NCBI GenBank assembly: GCA_013239625.1
Contig: PNXV01005434.1
Location: 124,001 to 188,000 of the forward strand
Direction of reading: 5' to 3'
Source of the DNA: Lama guanicoe
Taxonomy: Eukaryota
DNA length: 64,000 nucleotides
Every line of letters begins with the position of its first letter. The first letter of the stretch is position 1. Both the position numbers and the translations under genes were made by a program. The notes below the pieces were generated by a model that searched no databases, was not told the origin of the DNA, and saw only the letters and a list, made by a program, of their open reading frames with translations. Below are positions 1-12,763 of the stretch, piece after piece.

Positions 1-1
1 C

Positions 2-334
2 ACAGGCCTGGACATCATCCTTATCGCTGTTTCCTACATTCACATCCTCCGAGCTATCTTCCACCTCCCTTCTCAAGGTGCCTGGTCCAAGGCCCTGAGC
101 ACTTGCGGCTCCCACGTCTGTGTCATCCTACTCTTCTACATCCCTGCCCTCTTTTCTGTCTTTGCCTATAGGTTTGGTGGGAAACGCATTCCACGCTATG
201 TCCACATCCTCCTGGCTAACCTCTATGTGGTCATCCCACCTATGCTCAATCCCATTATTTATGGAGTGAGGACCAAGCAGATTTTGGACGGGGCTAAGCA
301 GATGTTTACAAATCTTGCCAAAGAATCTAAATAA
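2..334 (+). CDS. OR52B6: Olfactory receptor family 52, 3' part (TM5-TM7); 5' end lies outside the window
   Basis: Frame 2 reads [46 protein letters not shown]...[32 protein letters not shown], stop TAA at 332-334. OR motifs KALSTCGSH and PPMLNPIIY are present. C-terminus and position upstream of TRIM6 fit OR52B6. Confidence 0.85.
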   Translation, partial: TGLDIILIAVSYIHILRAIFHLPSQGAWSKALSTCGSHVCVILLFYIPALFSVFAYRFGGKRIPRYVHILLANLYVVIPPMLNPIIYGVRTKQILDGAKQMFTNLAKESK

Positions 335-1639
335 ATGCTCCCAACTTGACCTCAACTTAATCCCTTTCTGTACTATTAGTTGTTCAATAGTCACCCCCTC
401 CCCATCTCTATATCTTCCAGTTACCCCTGTGCTATCCTCATCCAGGTTCCAATTATTTAGACATTCTACTCAAATCCTCCTTTGATTAACTTTTTTATAA
501 ATCCGTAGTAATACCCACCCCACTTTCTTCCATATATTATTCAAATTAACTTCTGATCCCCCATTATCTCAAGAAAACCTAATTAGGAGCAATGTGATAA
601 CTTACCTGGAATCTACCATTTGAATAAGACTTTTTTCAGCCTCCACTTTCATTCTCTCCCTAATACGGTACCTAATCACTTGTATATAATTTTGACATTT
701 AAATTTGCCAGTTTAACATCTTTCTCACAATGAGAACCCCTGAGATCTATCATGTCTAGAATTTCATAGTCCCCTGGGATGATATTTATTTTTTTATTGT
801 CCGCTACACACATCTATAACTAGACATGTTTAAATACTCAGGTTCAGAGATGCTAACGCACAGCAGCATATGTAGGTGGACACATCTATTTATCACCAGC
901 TTAAATATGAACATAAGCCTTTGAAAAAATTTTATCAAATAAGCCTGGGCTACTGTTACCTGTCCTAGACAAGAGTTGTCCTCAAAATATAAATAATTGT
1001 ATGGTGGTAGAGTACTCTTTTCCATCCAAATATGCTTTGTATTTAAAAATTATAGTTATCATTAAAATAAGTCAAATACCTACTTGTATCTAATAGACAT
1101 AGATTTATATATTCTTTAATAAAATGTTAAAGAAATGTAAGTGTGTAATTTGGTAACTTGCTCACTAATCATTATATTATTAACACCAGAGATTAGCCTA
1201 GCCTGTTGTCCTCTGAGATTCAGAAGAGCAATTCAACCCGAATTTTAGCCCAAGAACAATTCATCCTCAAAAACCTAGCTCACATCTCAACTCTGTCCTC
1301 TCCGGTACTCAGCCCACAGTGAAAAATTCATCTTTTAAGATTCTCCACTTCTTTTCATCTAAATCACTAATTTGTTGGGCCCTGAGAATATTTCTTCTTC
1401 TTTGACTAGAGATCTTTTTTCATGTTTGTTCCCTTACATCCTGCCTAGAATGCATTCCTTGAGGAAAGAGTTCATTTTGAAAGGATTTTTATCTCTATTG
1501 CTCCAAAGCATAAGAACCTGCCCAAAGCAAATATGCAATACATGTGAATGCGCATACAATTCTTATTTTAAAGTTTTTTTGACCTCACTTTTCTGCTCAA
1601 TATTTATTCTTCTTTGAATGAGTTCTTCTCAGCCCTGAA

Positions 1640-2010
1640 ATTCAGTGTCAGGTAGAGAAGAGACCAGTGCTAGGTGTCAGGAGATGCTGATTTAAACCTT
1701 GGATCTACTGCTTACTTAATTCAATGAGTTTGAGAGGTTGCATAATCCCAATGAATTTCATGTTCTACTCATCTGTAAAGAAGATGAGGATGATACAACA
1801 TCATTTATCTATTACACAGTAAGCATTCAATGATTGTTCAGTTCATTTTTCTCTTTTTTCTTAATATTACTCAGTCTCACATTCAGTACATACCAGCTGT
1901 TTATCACTGGGAAATAGATTTAATCTCGTAAAGTCTTGGCATCCTTCTCTTAAAAAAAAAAGATAATAACACTTACTTCAGAGGAGTTTTGATTATTGAG
2001 ATTAGCTAAG
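1640..2010 (+). mobile_element. Degenerate MIR SINE fragments
   Basis: MIR core-like text (ctcatctgtaaagaagatgaggatgatacaac; ataataacacttacttcagaggagttttgattattgag). Boundaries approximate. Confidence 0.5.
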
Positions 2011-4904
2011 TATAACAAAATAAATAACTGGTGTTTTAATGGACATTTTGTTGTCATCACGTTTCACTATTATAAAAAAGGTGGAATCCATTCAGGAATA
2101 TATTCAATCTACTTAGTGCACCTCTGGGAGAACTATATTTCTATAGGTTAAATGCCTAAAAGTAGAACACTTAGATCAAAGATCATGCATGCTTGGAATT
2201 TTGATAAATTATTATGTTTTTCTCTATTTCAGGATAAAAACTTTCATCTGATCTTATTCGATTTTTAAATAAAAATTTTACACGTGCTATTAGTAAAGAA
2301 TTAAAATTGAAAAGTGGAAAGCAAAGCTTCCCTGATGTTCTTTCCACAACAGTAACATGTTCTTGTTCAGCATCAAAAGGAGAATGTGACCTTTTTCATG
2401 TAAGAACACCTTCATGTGGGAGAGAAATACCACAGGGGGTAGATTAAGAGCTGAGAACCTGAGAGGAAGATCGAACAAGGAAGGTGTGATTCTGCAGGTA
2501 TAACATAGTGTATAGAAGAAAGTATCTTTTCATTGAGTCCCTTCATCTCAGCCCTCCCCTAACATTATCTGAAGAGTTATTTTCATTTATTCCTGAGAAT
2601 GACCAAATGAATGATGGCTTTACCACTTCAGTTTGAGAGATTTTGAAAGAACAGGAAGAAGAAAAAGCTGGAACACTTCCTTCCCTATCCCACTTGCATT
2701 TTTTCAAAGCCTCATGGCCCTCAATCTCATTGTTTCAAACGTTAGCCCTAGAACAAACATCAAAAGATTTCAGCTAATTTTTTTTCAATTTTTAAAAATT
2801 TTTTAATTGCCAGGTATCACAGCCTACTGATGGTCACCACTCTTTCTTTATGTATGCTAGTTTTATGAATGAGAAACCTTTTTAAAAATCTTTTTTTGAC
2901 TGTCTATGTCCATGCCAATTACTATTTGAATTAAACAAACCTAGGGTGTCTGTTTCATCTTAGCAAACTTTTCGTAAATACTTCTACCTCGCCTCATATT
3001 CTTCCTCTTGGTCCTTTACCTCCCAGTGTGAATAACCCTGAGTAAGTTGAGAGACTTAAAATGCAGGACCGCCATGGGAGTGAGAGACTGAGGAAGGATG
3101 AAGATGAAAGACATGTTCATTTTTGGAGAAGTGATGAGTAGAATTGAAGTTCAGAATAAGCAAGGAACATTTACATCAGTATTGAAGTTATCAAGAATCT
3201 TGGTAAGATTCTTGAGACTTATGGAGGGAGAGAAAGGGAGAGAGACAGACAGACAGAAGCAGACACTACCTGGGAAAGAAGACGAATAGCCAGGGATGAG
3301 CCAATGGGAGATAACTGGAATATGGGGGACTAGTGAGAGGTGTAGTATAATAAAGTGATGTAAAGATACTAGGGTTTTATATTTTAATTAAAGGGAGGGG
3401 ATCAGTGGGAAGGTGCAGGGATGACAATTAACCCCACCTCCAGGCCAGGAGATCTGAGAAGTGTGGGAAAGAGTGAATAAATATACTCTAGAGAGCCAGG
3501 TTTCAGTTAGCCAAGAAAGTAATAAGAATATTCCAAGACAACATTGATAATATAGGGGATTTTGCTATGGCTGACTATAAGTCCTAGATTATCCAGTAAA
3601 GGATTTCAAAAATTGGAGAGGGGTGGTATATGGAAGCAAAACTAGGGTATCCAGAGCCTATAGAGATGAGGATCTGAGTGATGACCTTGAATCATGAGCT
3701 TTCCGCATCTGGCATAACAGGAATAAAATGTAATGCCATTGCTCCTAATGGTCTCAAAGCAGTGAGTGGTGGTGAGTGTTATGAGGAGGAACGTGTGAGA
3801 ATGGGAGATGTAGAGGCTGGGGAGGTGCTGATCTTCTCTGGAGCAGGGGAGATCTTTTTTGATTCCTCGGGCATCACCCCAACATTCCATGCTCCTTTTG
3901 AACAAGATGGACTTCACCTATTCTCCACAAGGTAGTCAAGTTTTCCCATGCTCTTTTCTGCCTTCAATACTCAATTTTAGACTCTAGAATTTTTAAGTGC
4001 TTACAAAAAATATATGGATCCCAGAAACAATATGGACTTAGTAACATTAATATAGGCGGGGGGAGCAAGCAATAAAACTGAAATTAGTCACTGCTTCACT
4101 CACTCTTAACCACACTTCAATTATGCTTCGATTCCATTCTCCTAGTTAATTATTTTTAATATGTGGGATGTAGGCATGTTTTCTTTGTTTTAAACTGTGG
4201 AGGAAAAGAAACGATCACCGAGGCTGGGACCTCAATATCACCATCTACTGGCTTCCGTTGTTATTTCAAAGCCCTTTGTCACTGCTGTTCTTTAGAACCC
4301 TGACACAGTTCTTCCTAACTTAGGAGGCACATTTCTTTCTCTTCCTGCTTTCTGATTGGTGCTGTAGTGTTCTGGACTTGGAATGACTGAATGTATTTAA
4401 ATTCGGCTCTGTAGGAGATTTTCTGGCCTCTCCTGTCCCTTCAAGATACTTCCCACTTCCAGAAGCTTTCCTTACTTTCTGTCTTTCTCAGCATTTGCAG
4501 GTAGAGGCAAGTGAAGACAGGCAGCCTTCACCATCCCTTCAGAGAGTTTCACCTCCCCTGCCAGACTTCAGTAGTTGGCTGGTGTTGGGTGGAGAAATGT
4601 AGGGAACTTTGCAGGTTTAATGTGTGATCCAAGCTTGGGGAGAAAGCACAGAAAAGCTTCATGAAGAGAACACCAATTATTCATAAATTCACTCTCTTCT
4701 ATCCACACTCAGTAGCACCTAGTCGAACACTTTCTCCTCCATACTACAGCAATAGCTAGACATTTACTCCTCTGGATTTAGGCACTTTTTGTCACCTCCA
4801 GGCCTCTTCAGCCTGCTCAATGCTGCCAGGTGATCTTTTCTTAGATAACATTTAGATATTCAGAACATGTCATTCTCCACCACCTGCCCCTTCCTATCTT
4901 CCTG

Positions 4905-4960
4905 TCTGTCTCTGTCTCTCTCTCTCTCAAACATACACACACACACACACACACACACAC
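4905..4960. repeat. (CT)n(CA)n compound microsatellite
   Basis: Directly visible. Confidence 0.9.
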
Positions 4961-5009
4961 CCCTACCTCATTAAAACTCCTTAGTGGTTTCCCAGCAATG
5001 TCAAAACAA

Positions 5010-5950
5010 TTCAACAGGGAAAGAATATCGTCCTGGAGCAAAAGAATACACACATGCAAAAGAATAAGACTGAAATTCTATCTCACACAATAAAAATAAA
5101 CTTAGATCATAGACCTAAGTGTAAGAGTTAAACTATAAAACTTTTAGAAAAAAATATGGGAGTAAATCTTTATGCCTTTGGATTAGGCAAGGCCTTCATA
5201 GATACAACATCAAAAATACAAATAACAAAAAGATTGAATTTCATCACAATTAAAAACTTGTTCTTCAAAGGATGCTGTTTAGAAAATGAAAAGACAACTC
5301 ATACAACGGGAGAAGATATTTACAAATAACAGAACTTGTAAAGGACTTATATCTAAAATATATAAAGATCTCTTAATTAATAAGAAAAAGACAAATTAAA
5401 ATTTAATTACCCAATTAAAACTGGGTAAAAATTTTGAACAGACATTTCTCAAAAACAGATATGCAAATGGATAATAAATTATATGAAAAGATGCTAAAGA
5501 GACATGCAAATTAAAATATTGATGAGATACCAATTTACTCTCAATAAGATAACTATAATAGAAAAGATACATAATGACAAGTATTGGTAAAGATGTGGAG
5601 AAATTGAACCCTTCTTTACTGCTGGTGGGAATGCAAAATAGTATAATTACTGTGGAAAACAGTCTGGAATATCCCCCCAAAAAGTAAATACATAATCCAG
5701 TAATTCTATTCTTGGGCAAGAGAAATAAAGACCATGTTTCCAAAAAAAAAAAAAACCCAACAAAAAAACAACTTGTACAAGAGAATTCATAGCCGCATTA
5801 TTCGAAATAGCCAAACAGTAAAAATCCAAATGTCTAAAAACTGATGCGTGGATAAGCAAAATGCCAAAAATCCATACAGTTGAGTATTATTCAGCCATCA
5901 AAGGAATAAAATACTCAGGTTACAACATAGATGAAACCTGAAAATATGCT
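5010..5950 (+). mobile_element. Old LINE-1 fragment (end of ORF2 / 3'UTR, L1M type)
   Basis: A-rich L1 hallmarks: agatcatagacctaagtgtaagagttaaactataaaacttttagaa; gctggtgggaatgcaaaatagtataattactgtggaaaacagtctgg; gagtattattcagccatcaaaggaat. Confidence 0.8.
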
Positions 5951-6419
5951 ACATCACCCAGCTCTCTCTTCAAATTTTTATCTGGACACCCTTCTCCCTC
6001 CACTCACCTTCCAGACCAGGTCAGTTTGCTTGGGACCGGAAGTTCAGCCTTCCTTTTCTTGTCAGAGTTGCTGTGCTATTGACACCCTTAAGTTACAGTT
6101 CCTGGGGCTTTATAAGCTTTGTATGTATTCCTAAGGCCATAAGAACAAACTTTTACAGTCTCGCAGTTTACACAGGTTAAAATTACAGGTGTCATTTTGA
6201 CACCTGTAATATTTAAATTACATTCGTAATTTTAGACTAATGAAGTTTAACGATCTTTTTGCAAAACATACCATTGTGATGCCAAGCGGTTATCTTTACT
6301 CACTCGTATAACTTTAGATACCTTCATTCGGACGTTTTAACTGATAGTTTAACGTGGAGTACAAATGTGTATTCTCAGTATTATTGACACCGACATGAGT
6401 TCTGAAAGCTAAAGCGAAG

Positions 6420-7400
6420 ACGATTTACACGCGCCCTCCCTGGCCTTCAGGGGCTCCCCAGGGCCTCAGAACTTGCCGCTCATCAGGTAAGCGGAACAGC
6501 TCCCCGGCAGCTGGGTGGGCCCGGCGACCACACCCTGGAGCGCAGGACCCTGCGCGGCGCGGGACCAACCGGCCCTATGCGCATCCTCTCCTCCCCCCTC
6601 GCCCCGCCCCTTTGCCACGAGTCTGTCCGCTCTGCTGGACGCGGCATTAGCTGTAAATCCTCGGCTCTGACCCAGGCCACACATTCCAGGTTGGTGAGCG
6701 AATCCATTTTCTGGCCCGCCACCGCTGTCCCCACTAGTACTGAGAGTCTGACCCGCCCTCCAGGTGCGTTGTGGGGTTCGCGGGCGGAGGCAGAGTGCGG
6801 GGGACCTCTGCACTTTTGAGTTGACTCCAATTCGGGAAGGGAGCATGAAAGAGGCACCTTTGGAACTGGGTACTTTGTGTAGGTAGTGATAATTAAAGTA
6901 GTGCCTAGTGATCATTACACCCCGATTCTAGGAGGTATAGGATGTAGGGGAGGCAGCCCTGAAAGTTCTGTGAGGGAAGTCCCGGCCGACCCTGGGACTG
7001 GCGTGGATCCGGAGGTCAGCAGCCCTTCCCCCACCCCAGCCGCTCTGCTCCAGGAAGTGAGCACCGTTTATCCCCTCACCCATCCCCAGGAGGCCCTGAC
7101 TCCTCCCAGAGGGAGTTGGGAGAGGAGCCTTCCGCACCCAGCCCGGCGTGCGAGGTCTGTGCAAGGCCAGGCTGGCTCCCCAGAGTCCTGCATTTCGCCG
7201 AAGGGAGCCGGGCCGTTCGCGGTTGAGTTGGGATAAAAAAGACCAAAGGAGTGGGCGCCCTCTGTTCCTCAGAATCTTTTTAAAACTCCTTGGTTTGCCC
7301 AGAAGAGCCTTGACCACCTGGAGGCTCGCATCTGGGGCCTCGATGTGCCTGTCACCGGGAGCTGTCTGCCATCTATGACGGGGCGGGCCACTTACTGTCA
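6420..7400 (+). promoter_or_regulatory. TRIM6: CpG island / TRIM6 promoter with non-coding first exon(s)
   Basis: Sharp rise in GC and CpG content, GC box ccccgcccc near 6602, candidate donors CAG|GTGCGT (~6763) and GAG|GTCAGC (7014/7015). Lies ~6 kb upstream of TRIM6 coding exon 2. Confidence 0.7.
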
Positions 7401-7559
7401 CTCCTGGGAGAAGTGACCAGGCAGTGAAAGAAATGTTGTCCCTTCCCTTTTGGAGCTTATAATACAGGTAATTCATCTTTATTTTTCTTTCATCCTCACC
7501 GTGAATGAGCTCAGCGAGATTAGGGTCATCATTTAATCTATCAATTAATGAAGACAGAA

Positions 7560-7810
7560 ATGCGTGGTTAAGTGCCTGGGTGCTGCGGCGGGAGGGTCTG
7601 TATTCAAAATCCGCCTCTGACACTTAGATGCAGGCTGTGTGCCCCCAACCTGTTGCCTGACCTCTTTGAGGTTCAATTTCTTCCATCCATAAAATGGACA
7701 GAGTAATACTTATATTCTAGAGTTTGGGTGAGGATTATGTGAGACAGAGGTTTAAAAACAGGAGAGTGCATGAACAATCGTAAATACTCAAAATATTAAG
7801 TTATTATTGA
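7560..7810 (+). mobile_element. MIR SINE
   Basis: gtggttaag...cctctttgaggttcaatttcttccatccataaaatggacagagtaatac...gtgaggatt...aaatactcaaaatattaagttattatt matches the MIR layout. Confidence 0.7.
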
Positions 7811-9391
7811 CGATCTCAATGCCTTGCTTTAAAAAAATACAAACTAAAATAATTTTTGAAAGAACAGGGAATAAAATATGTAAAAATGCACTAAGATAAA
7901 GGAGAATATGACTACTTCCGACATCTAAATAAGTTAAAATACAGCATAGTTTAAAAAATTAGGAATTACATAAAAAATGAGTCTGTCATGTGTGCGCCAC
8001 AGCATGCTTTAGTTTGATTAATTCAGTGTTTCCGATTAATGACCCCTGAGATGATTTTTGGTGTTATATGAATAAACTTCCAAAATGTTTAGTTGCCTAT
8101 TTGAATTGGATGTAAACTAGAAAAATATACCCACACCTCAAATTCATGATTTGACAGGGTTTTATTGCTTAGACTGAGACAGGGTAAATATTAAAGTTTT
8201 TTAAGGTATCACTTTAAAGAAAATATTAAATATGGAATATGGAAAAAATCAGAAATTACAAGTGAGATATCACAAATGCAGAAAAAATAAGAAGTGTATT
8301 ATCTATCCTATAAAATCCTTAGTTAATGGATTATGTAACACAGAGAGAAGAACCCCTGTGTAGGACCATATTTTAAGAATTCGCAGTTATTAAATCATTG
8401 TAAGTTTTGAATGCGTGAGGCAGTGATTTTTTTGAAGTTTGAAAAAAAAATGAAACTGTGTTCCAATTCAAATATTTACTGAGTGCTTCTTGTTTTTAAT
8501 CAACTCCAGAAAATTGGTTAAAGTGGAATAGAACCTTACAAAAGGGTAAAAAATATAATTTCCTCAGCACAATCCCATCTCATTTATGAATGCAGTTGCT
8601 ACCTGTTTAGACTTTTACTCCATTTACACCAGAACGCAGAGATGGGGTGCAGTCCTGCCTATCTTATTTCTAGCTTTCATTCTGAGCCCCCAGCCTGGAT
8701 CAGTGTTAGGTATCCGCTACCGAGTCACTGACATTTATACTGAAAGCCATTTTAATATTGAAATGTGGGCTTCCATTCTCATAGGTGCTTCAGATCTAAA
8801 TATCAGTCCATTCTCTGGCCCTCCCCAGCCACCCTCACCTCTTTCTGTTTTGCATCCTAAGTTTTATTCACCTGGGAAGAAGGTGCCCTCACTGAAAGCA
8901 ATGTTTCTGAAACCTTAATATGCAGATGAACCGCCAGAGATCTTATTAAAGTGCAGATACAGAATCGGTCTCCGTGAGGCCCGGAGGAGTTCCACTGGTG
9001 CCGGCGTGGCTAGTTAGATTGCCTGACCTCCTGCTCCCGCTTGGATTTAACTGGTCTTGAATTTGGCCTCTTTCATTTGCTAATTTGACCCACAGGGCCC
9101 ATCCCCTCAGGCTCTGGGATCTGCACTCTCACAGCCGGACTGTCTCTGCCCACCCACACTGCTCTTGAGGCGGGGCCCGAGTTGGGTTCTGCTCTCTCAG
9201 AACGGCTCCCCAGTCAGCTCCTCAATCCACTATTCTCCGTGGCTTGTGGCTCACCCCACTCTGAGGCATCTTTCCTTTCTCATCACGTTCTTTGTCTTCA
9301 TCTGAAGAAACAACCCGTTAATGGTAGCTGAAAATTTTTCTCAGCTTGCTTTCTCCTGATGGAAAGTAGGCAGCCCAGAGGCCTTTGTACT

Positions 9392-9726
9392 GTCCACAAA
9401 AAATCAGTCAATCTAAGCAAAAAATGGAAAATTTTATTTGAGCCAAATTTGAGGATCATAACCCAGGAAGAACACCTTAGAAAACTGAGTTCCACCCATT
9501 AGAAATCAAGGCATGGTTATAAGTTTTTTGATCTAGAAGGCTGTACATCAAATGATGTATTGTTGACAGTTTACATAATCCAGATCTCCCGTGTCCTCTG
9601 GGCTGCACACCAGTGGTCAAGGGCTCGCTGGCGTGTGGGCAGGGGTTACCCAAACCCTTTCCAGCTGAATTTTAGCTGACATGTGCCCCTCCTTCCTTTC
9701 CCCAACCTCAACTTTACCCTTTGACA
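9392..9726 (-). mobile_element. Probable ERV1-class solo LTR remnant in TRIM6 intron 1
   Basis: TG...CA ends (tgtccacaaaaaatc ... ccctttgaca). tttatttgagccaaatttgaggatcataacccaggaag resembles the antisense U5/polyA region of such LTRs. No clear TSD. Confidence 0.45.
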
Positions 9727-9814
9727 AGAGACATCAACTCTTCTATAATCTTTTCTGTTCAAGAATCTTCCTCTGCCTTGGATAGCTCATATAGAGCATT
9801 AGATGGAAAAGAAA

Positions 9815-10250
9815 TACAGAAATATAATAGGGCCACATATATAATTTTAAATTTTCTAATGCCCTCATTAGAAAGTTAGAAGAAACAGGTGAAATTTATT
9901 TTAATATATTTAACTCCATTCTTCCAAAATATATTTAGAAATGTAATCAATGTAAAAAATCTGTTAATGAAATATTTTAGATTATTTTTGCTTACCAAAC
10001 CTTTGAAACCCGACGTGTATTTCATATTTAAAACATCTTCTTTCTGGAGAGGGTATAGCTCAGCAGTAGAGTGCCTGCTTAGCATGCATGAGGTCCTGGG
10101 TTCAAGCCCCAGTACCTCCATTAATAAATTCATAAACCTAGTTACCTCCTCCTAAAAATTAAAAAAAAAAGTTAAAACATCTCCTTTCTGACTAGCCACA
10201 TTTCAAGTGCTCAAATGGTGTGGCTACCATATATTGACAACACAATTCTA
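9815..10250. mobile_element. MER33-like hAT-Charlie element interrupted by a SINE
   Basis: agaaatataatagggccacatatataattttaaattttctaat...gactagccacatttcaagtgctcaa...tggctaccatat. Confidence 0.65.
10046..10171 (+). mobile_element. tRNA-Ala-derived SINE (camelid Vic-1-like) with TSD
   Basis: ggagagggtatagctcagcagtagagtgcctgcttagcatgcatgaggtcctgggttcaagccccagtacctcc (A and B boxes), A-rich tail, flanking repeat ttaaaacatct(t/c)ctttctg. Confidence 0.85.
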
Positions 10251-10329
10251 ATTTGTATTGAGAAGATCAGGAAGTCAAGCCTTCAGTTTTTCTCACTGCA
10301 TGTCTTCTGTTTTCGTTAACTCTAATGAA

Positions 10330-11290
10330 TTATAATTCACATCTAATAAGTTAGCAATTTTGAGCATACAATTCCGTGAGTTTTGACATGTATATGGTTG
10401 TGTAACCACCGGCACAGTCATGATATATAAAGGACATTTCCATCACTCTCCCCAATTTTTTTTTGCAATTCATCCCTTTCTCACAGCTCTGGGCCCTGGC
10501 ATCCACTAATCTGATTTCAGATAGTAGAGTTCTGTCTTTTCTAGGATTTCATTTAAGTGGAATCATACAGTAACTTATTCTTGCTGTCTAGCTTCTTTCA
10601 CTTCGTATAAGGCTTTTGAGATTTCTGTTGTATTTATCAGTATTTCCATTTTATTGTTTGGTGATATGCCATTATTTGCATATACCACAGTTTGTTTATT
10701 TACCAGTTAATGGTTTTATGAATTATTTCCAGTTTTTAGCTACTTCATTGCATTTATGAAGCAGAAACTCTCCCCCAAGAGAGTCATGTATATCAAGTAC
10801 ACATTTACCCGAAATAAATGTGTGAATATGTGTATGTTGTAGGAGATGGAATGGACCTTCAGTTAAAATAGTAAATGTTGTATCACCAAAAATTTTTTAT
10901 TAAGATGTTATTTTTTTTAGAACAGTTTTAAGTTCCCGGCAAAACTGAGGGGAAGGTGCAGAGATTTTTTATGTATACCCTCTGCCCTCACACATGCGTA
11001 GATTCTCAGTTATCACCAACTGCCACCACAGTGGTACATTTGTTACAGTTGATGTACCTACATTGGCACGCTGTAATCACCCAAAGTCCATAGTTTACTT
11101 TATGGCTCAGTCTTGGTGTTGTACCTTCTATGGATTTGGACAAGTACATGAGGACATACATCACTGTATGATTCCAACTACATGATATTCCAGAAAAGGC
11201 AAAACTATAGAGACAATAAAATTATCAGTGGTTACCAGGGGTTGGGGTGTGAGTATGAATAGTTAGAGCACAGAGGACTTTTAGGGCAGT
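10330..11290. mobile_element. Cluster of old L1 3' fragments (mostly minus strand; ~11170-11290 plus strand)
   Basis: Typical L1M 3'UTR text (ttaagtggaatcatacagta; atttgttacagttgatgtacctacattggcac; ccagaaaaggcaaaactatagagacaataaa). Confidence 0.65.
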
Positions 11291-12763
11291 GTAACCTTTT
11301 TGGAACCTCTAGTGTTTGGGACTTTCTGCAACTTAATGGTTAGTTTCCGCAAAGCAAATCATACACCTCGGTTTAACCACATCCCTTCCCTACTGCTGCC
11401 GAGCTAACAGACCTTGTGTTCTTAAATTACATCCACACTGATGGTGTTGTACATCAGTGCACATCTGCCTTTGCTGGGGGACCAGACAGAAAAAATTACA
11501 GTGTCACACCTGCCCTCAGCCACACTGTACAGGTGCATCCTGTCCATGAGGGTCACAGCCAGGGTCAGGGATAAGTCAGTGTTTCTGTCGACTGGCTGGC
11601 TCGTCTTTGGTGGTCCAGACTAGACTTCATCTGGGCAAGCAGAGCAAATGGCTTCCAATGAGAGTGATTCAATGCTTGAATAGTAAAAGTAATTAAGTAG
11701 GCAAGTAATTTAGAATGTCTTTTAAAAGTTATGTGATTGAAGACAACAGCAATATGATTTAATGACTGAAAACTTTCAAGAATGAGAACAAAGATGTTTT
11801 TCCAGGAAGACATTTATTTTGATTCAGCACAGACAAAAAAGTTAAAAGTCAGGGTAAGTTCCAGCATCCTTAGTTGTCTTGTTACAGAAGCTACTAGCTT
11901 TCATAACTGACCCTTGCACCAGGTGCACAGAAACTGCTGGGTCAGGTCCAGCGTTCTCACATTGACCTTAAGTGCCATCCTGTTAAATCTTGTTATGAAC
12001 TGAGATAGTGGATTTTTCTCCTGGGTCTAAAAAAGGTAAGAAAATAGGAAAGGGTGTGAGAAAGTGATGTGTTCATTCCTGTAACAAGACTTACGTAGCA
12101 CTATCCTCCTGCCAGACACTGTTCTGTTCCTATTCCCAGCAAAAGTGTTGAAGAGGCTCTTTTCCTCCTGGTAAGAGGGCAGAGCACTGAAGGATGGAAG
12201 AGCAGTGACAGTAGAAGTGTAGTGGCAACTTGTTTTTATTGAGACTCTTCTACACATTGGCTCCGGTGATTTATCATAGCGAGGGAGGAATTGACTTCAG
12301 CGGTACACAGATTAAACCACATCTCTCAGCCTGCTGGTCCCCTCCTTCCTAAAGCGCTCCCTCAGTCACCCCGAGGCTCCTCCTCCAGCCCGCCTCTGCC
12401 TCACTCCTGGCAGCACAGCCCCAGGACTGGGGCTGCTTCCCCCTTCCCCAGCAGCATGAAGTTGGACAAGAGGGCACTGACTGCAGTAACACAGACCTGG
12501 TCCGAGTCCTGGATTTATCTGTCTCATTCTGGAGCACTGAGTATTTCCTGATGACACCTCCTGGGAGCGGGGGCAAAGAACATTCTGAAGTTAGAATGTG
12601 AAGCCCTTGTTACCCCAGGTGTCTGACCTCTTTATCCAGAACAGTCAGCTTCCCTCCTTTCTTACCCTGAGCCCTTTTTCTTGCCTGTCTGCCCAGGATC
12701 CTATACGCAAGAAGCACCTTGGAAGTCAGGACTGGGCAGGCAGGAGCCAGGAGCGTGGCTGCA

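Noticed and set aside
128..394. Minus-strand ORFs opposite OR and TRIM exons
   Set aside because: Antisense shadows of real coding frames.
6466..7623. Several 80-231 aa ORFs on both strands
   Set aside because: Expected in a GC-rich CpG island; no recognisable domain, and the longest begins inside a MIR.
10046..10120. tRNA-like sequence
   Set aside because: A-rich tail, TSD and multiple copies indicate a SINE rather than a tRNA gene.
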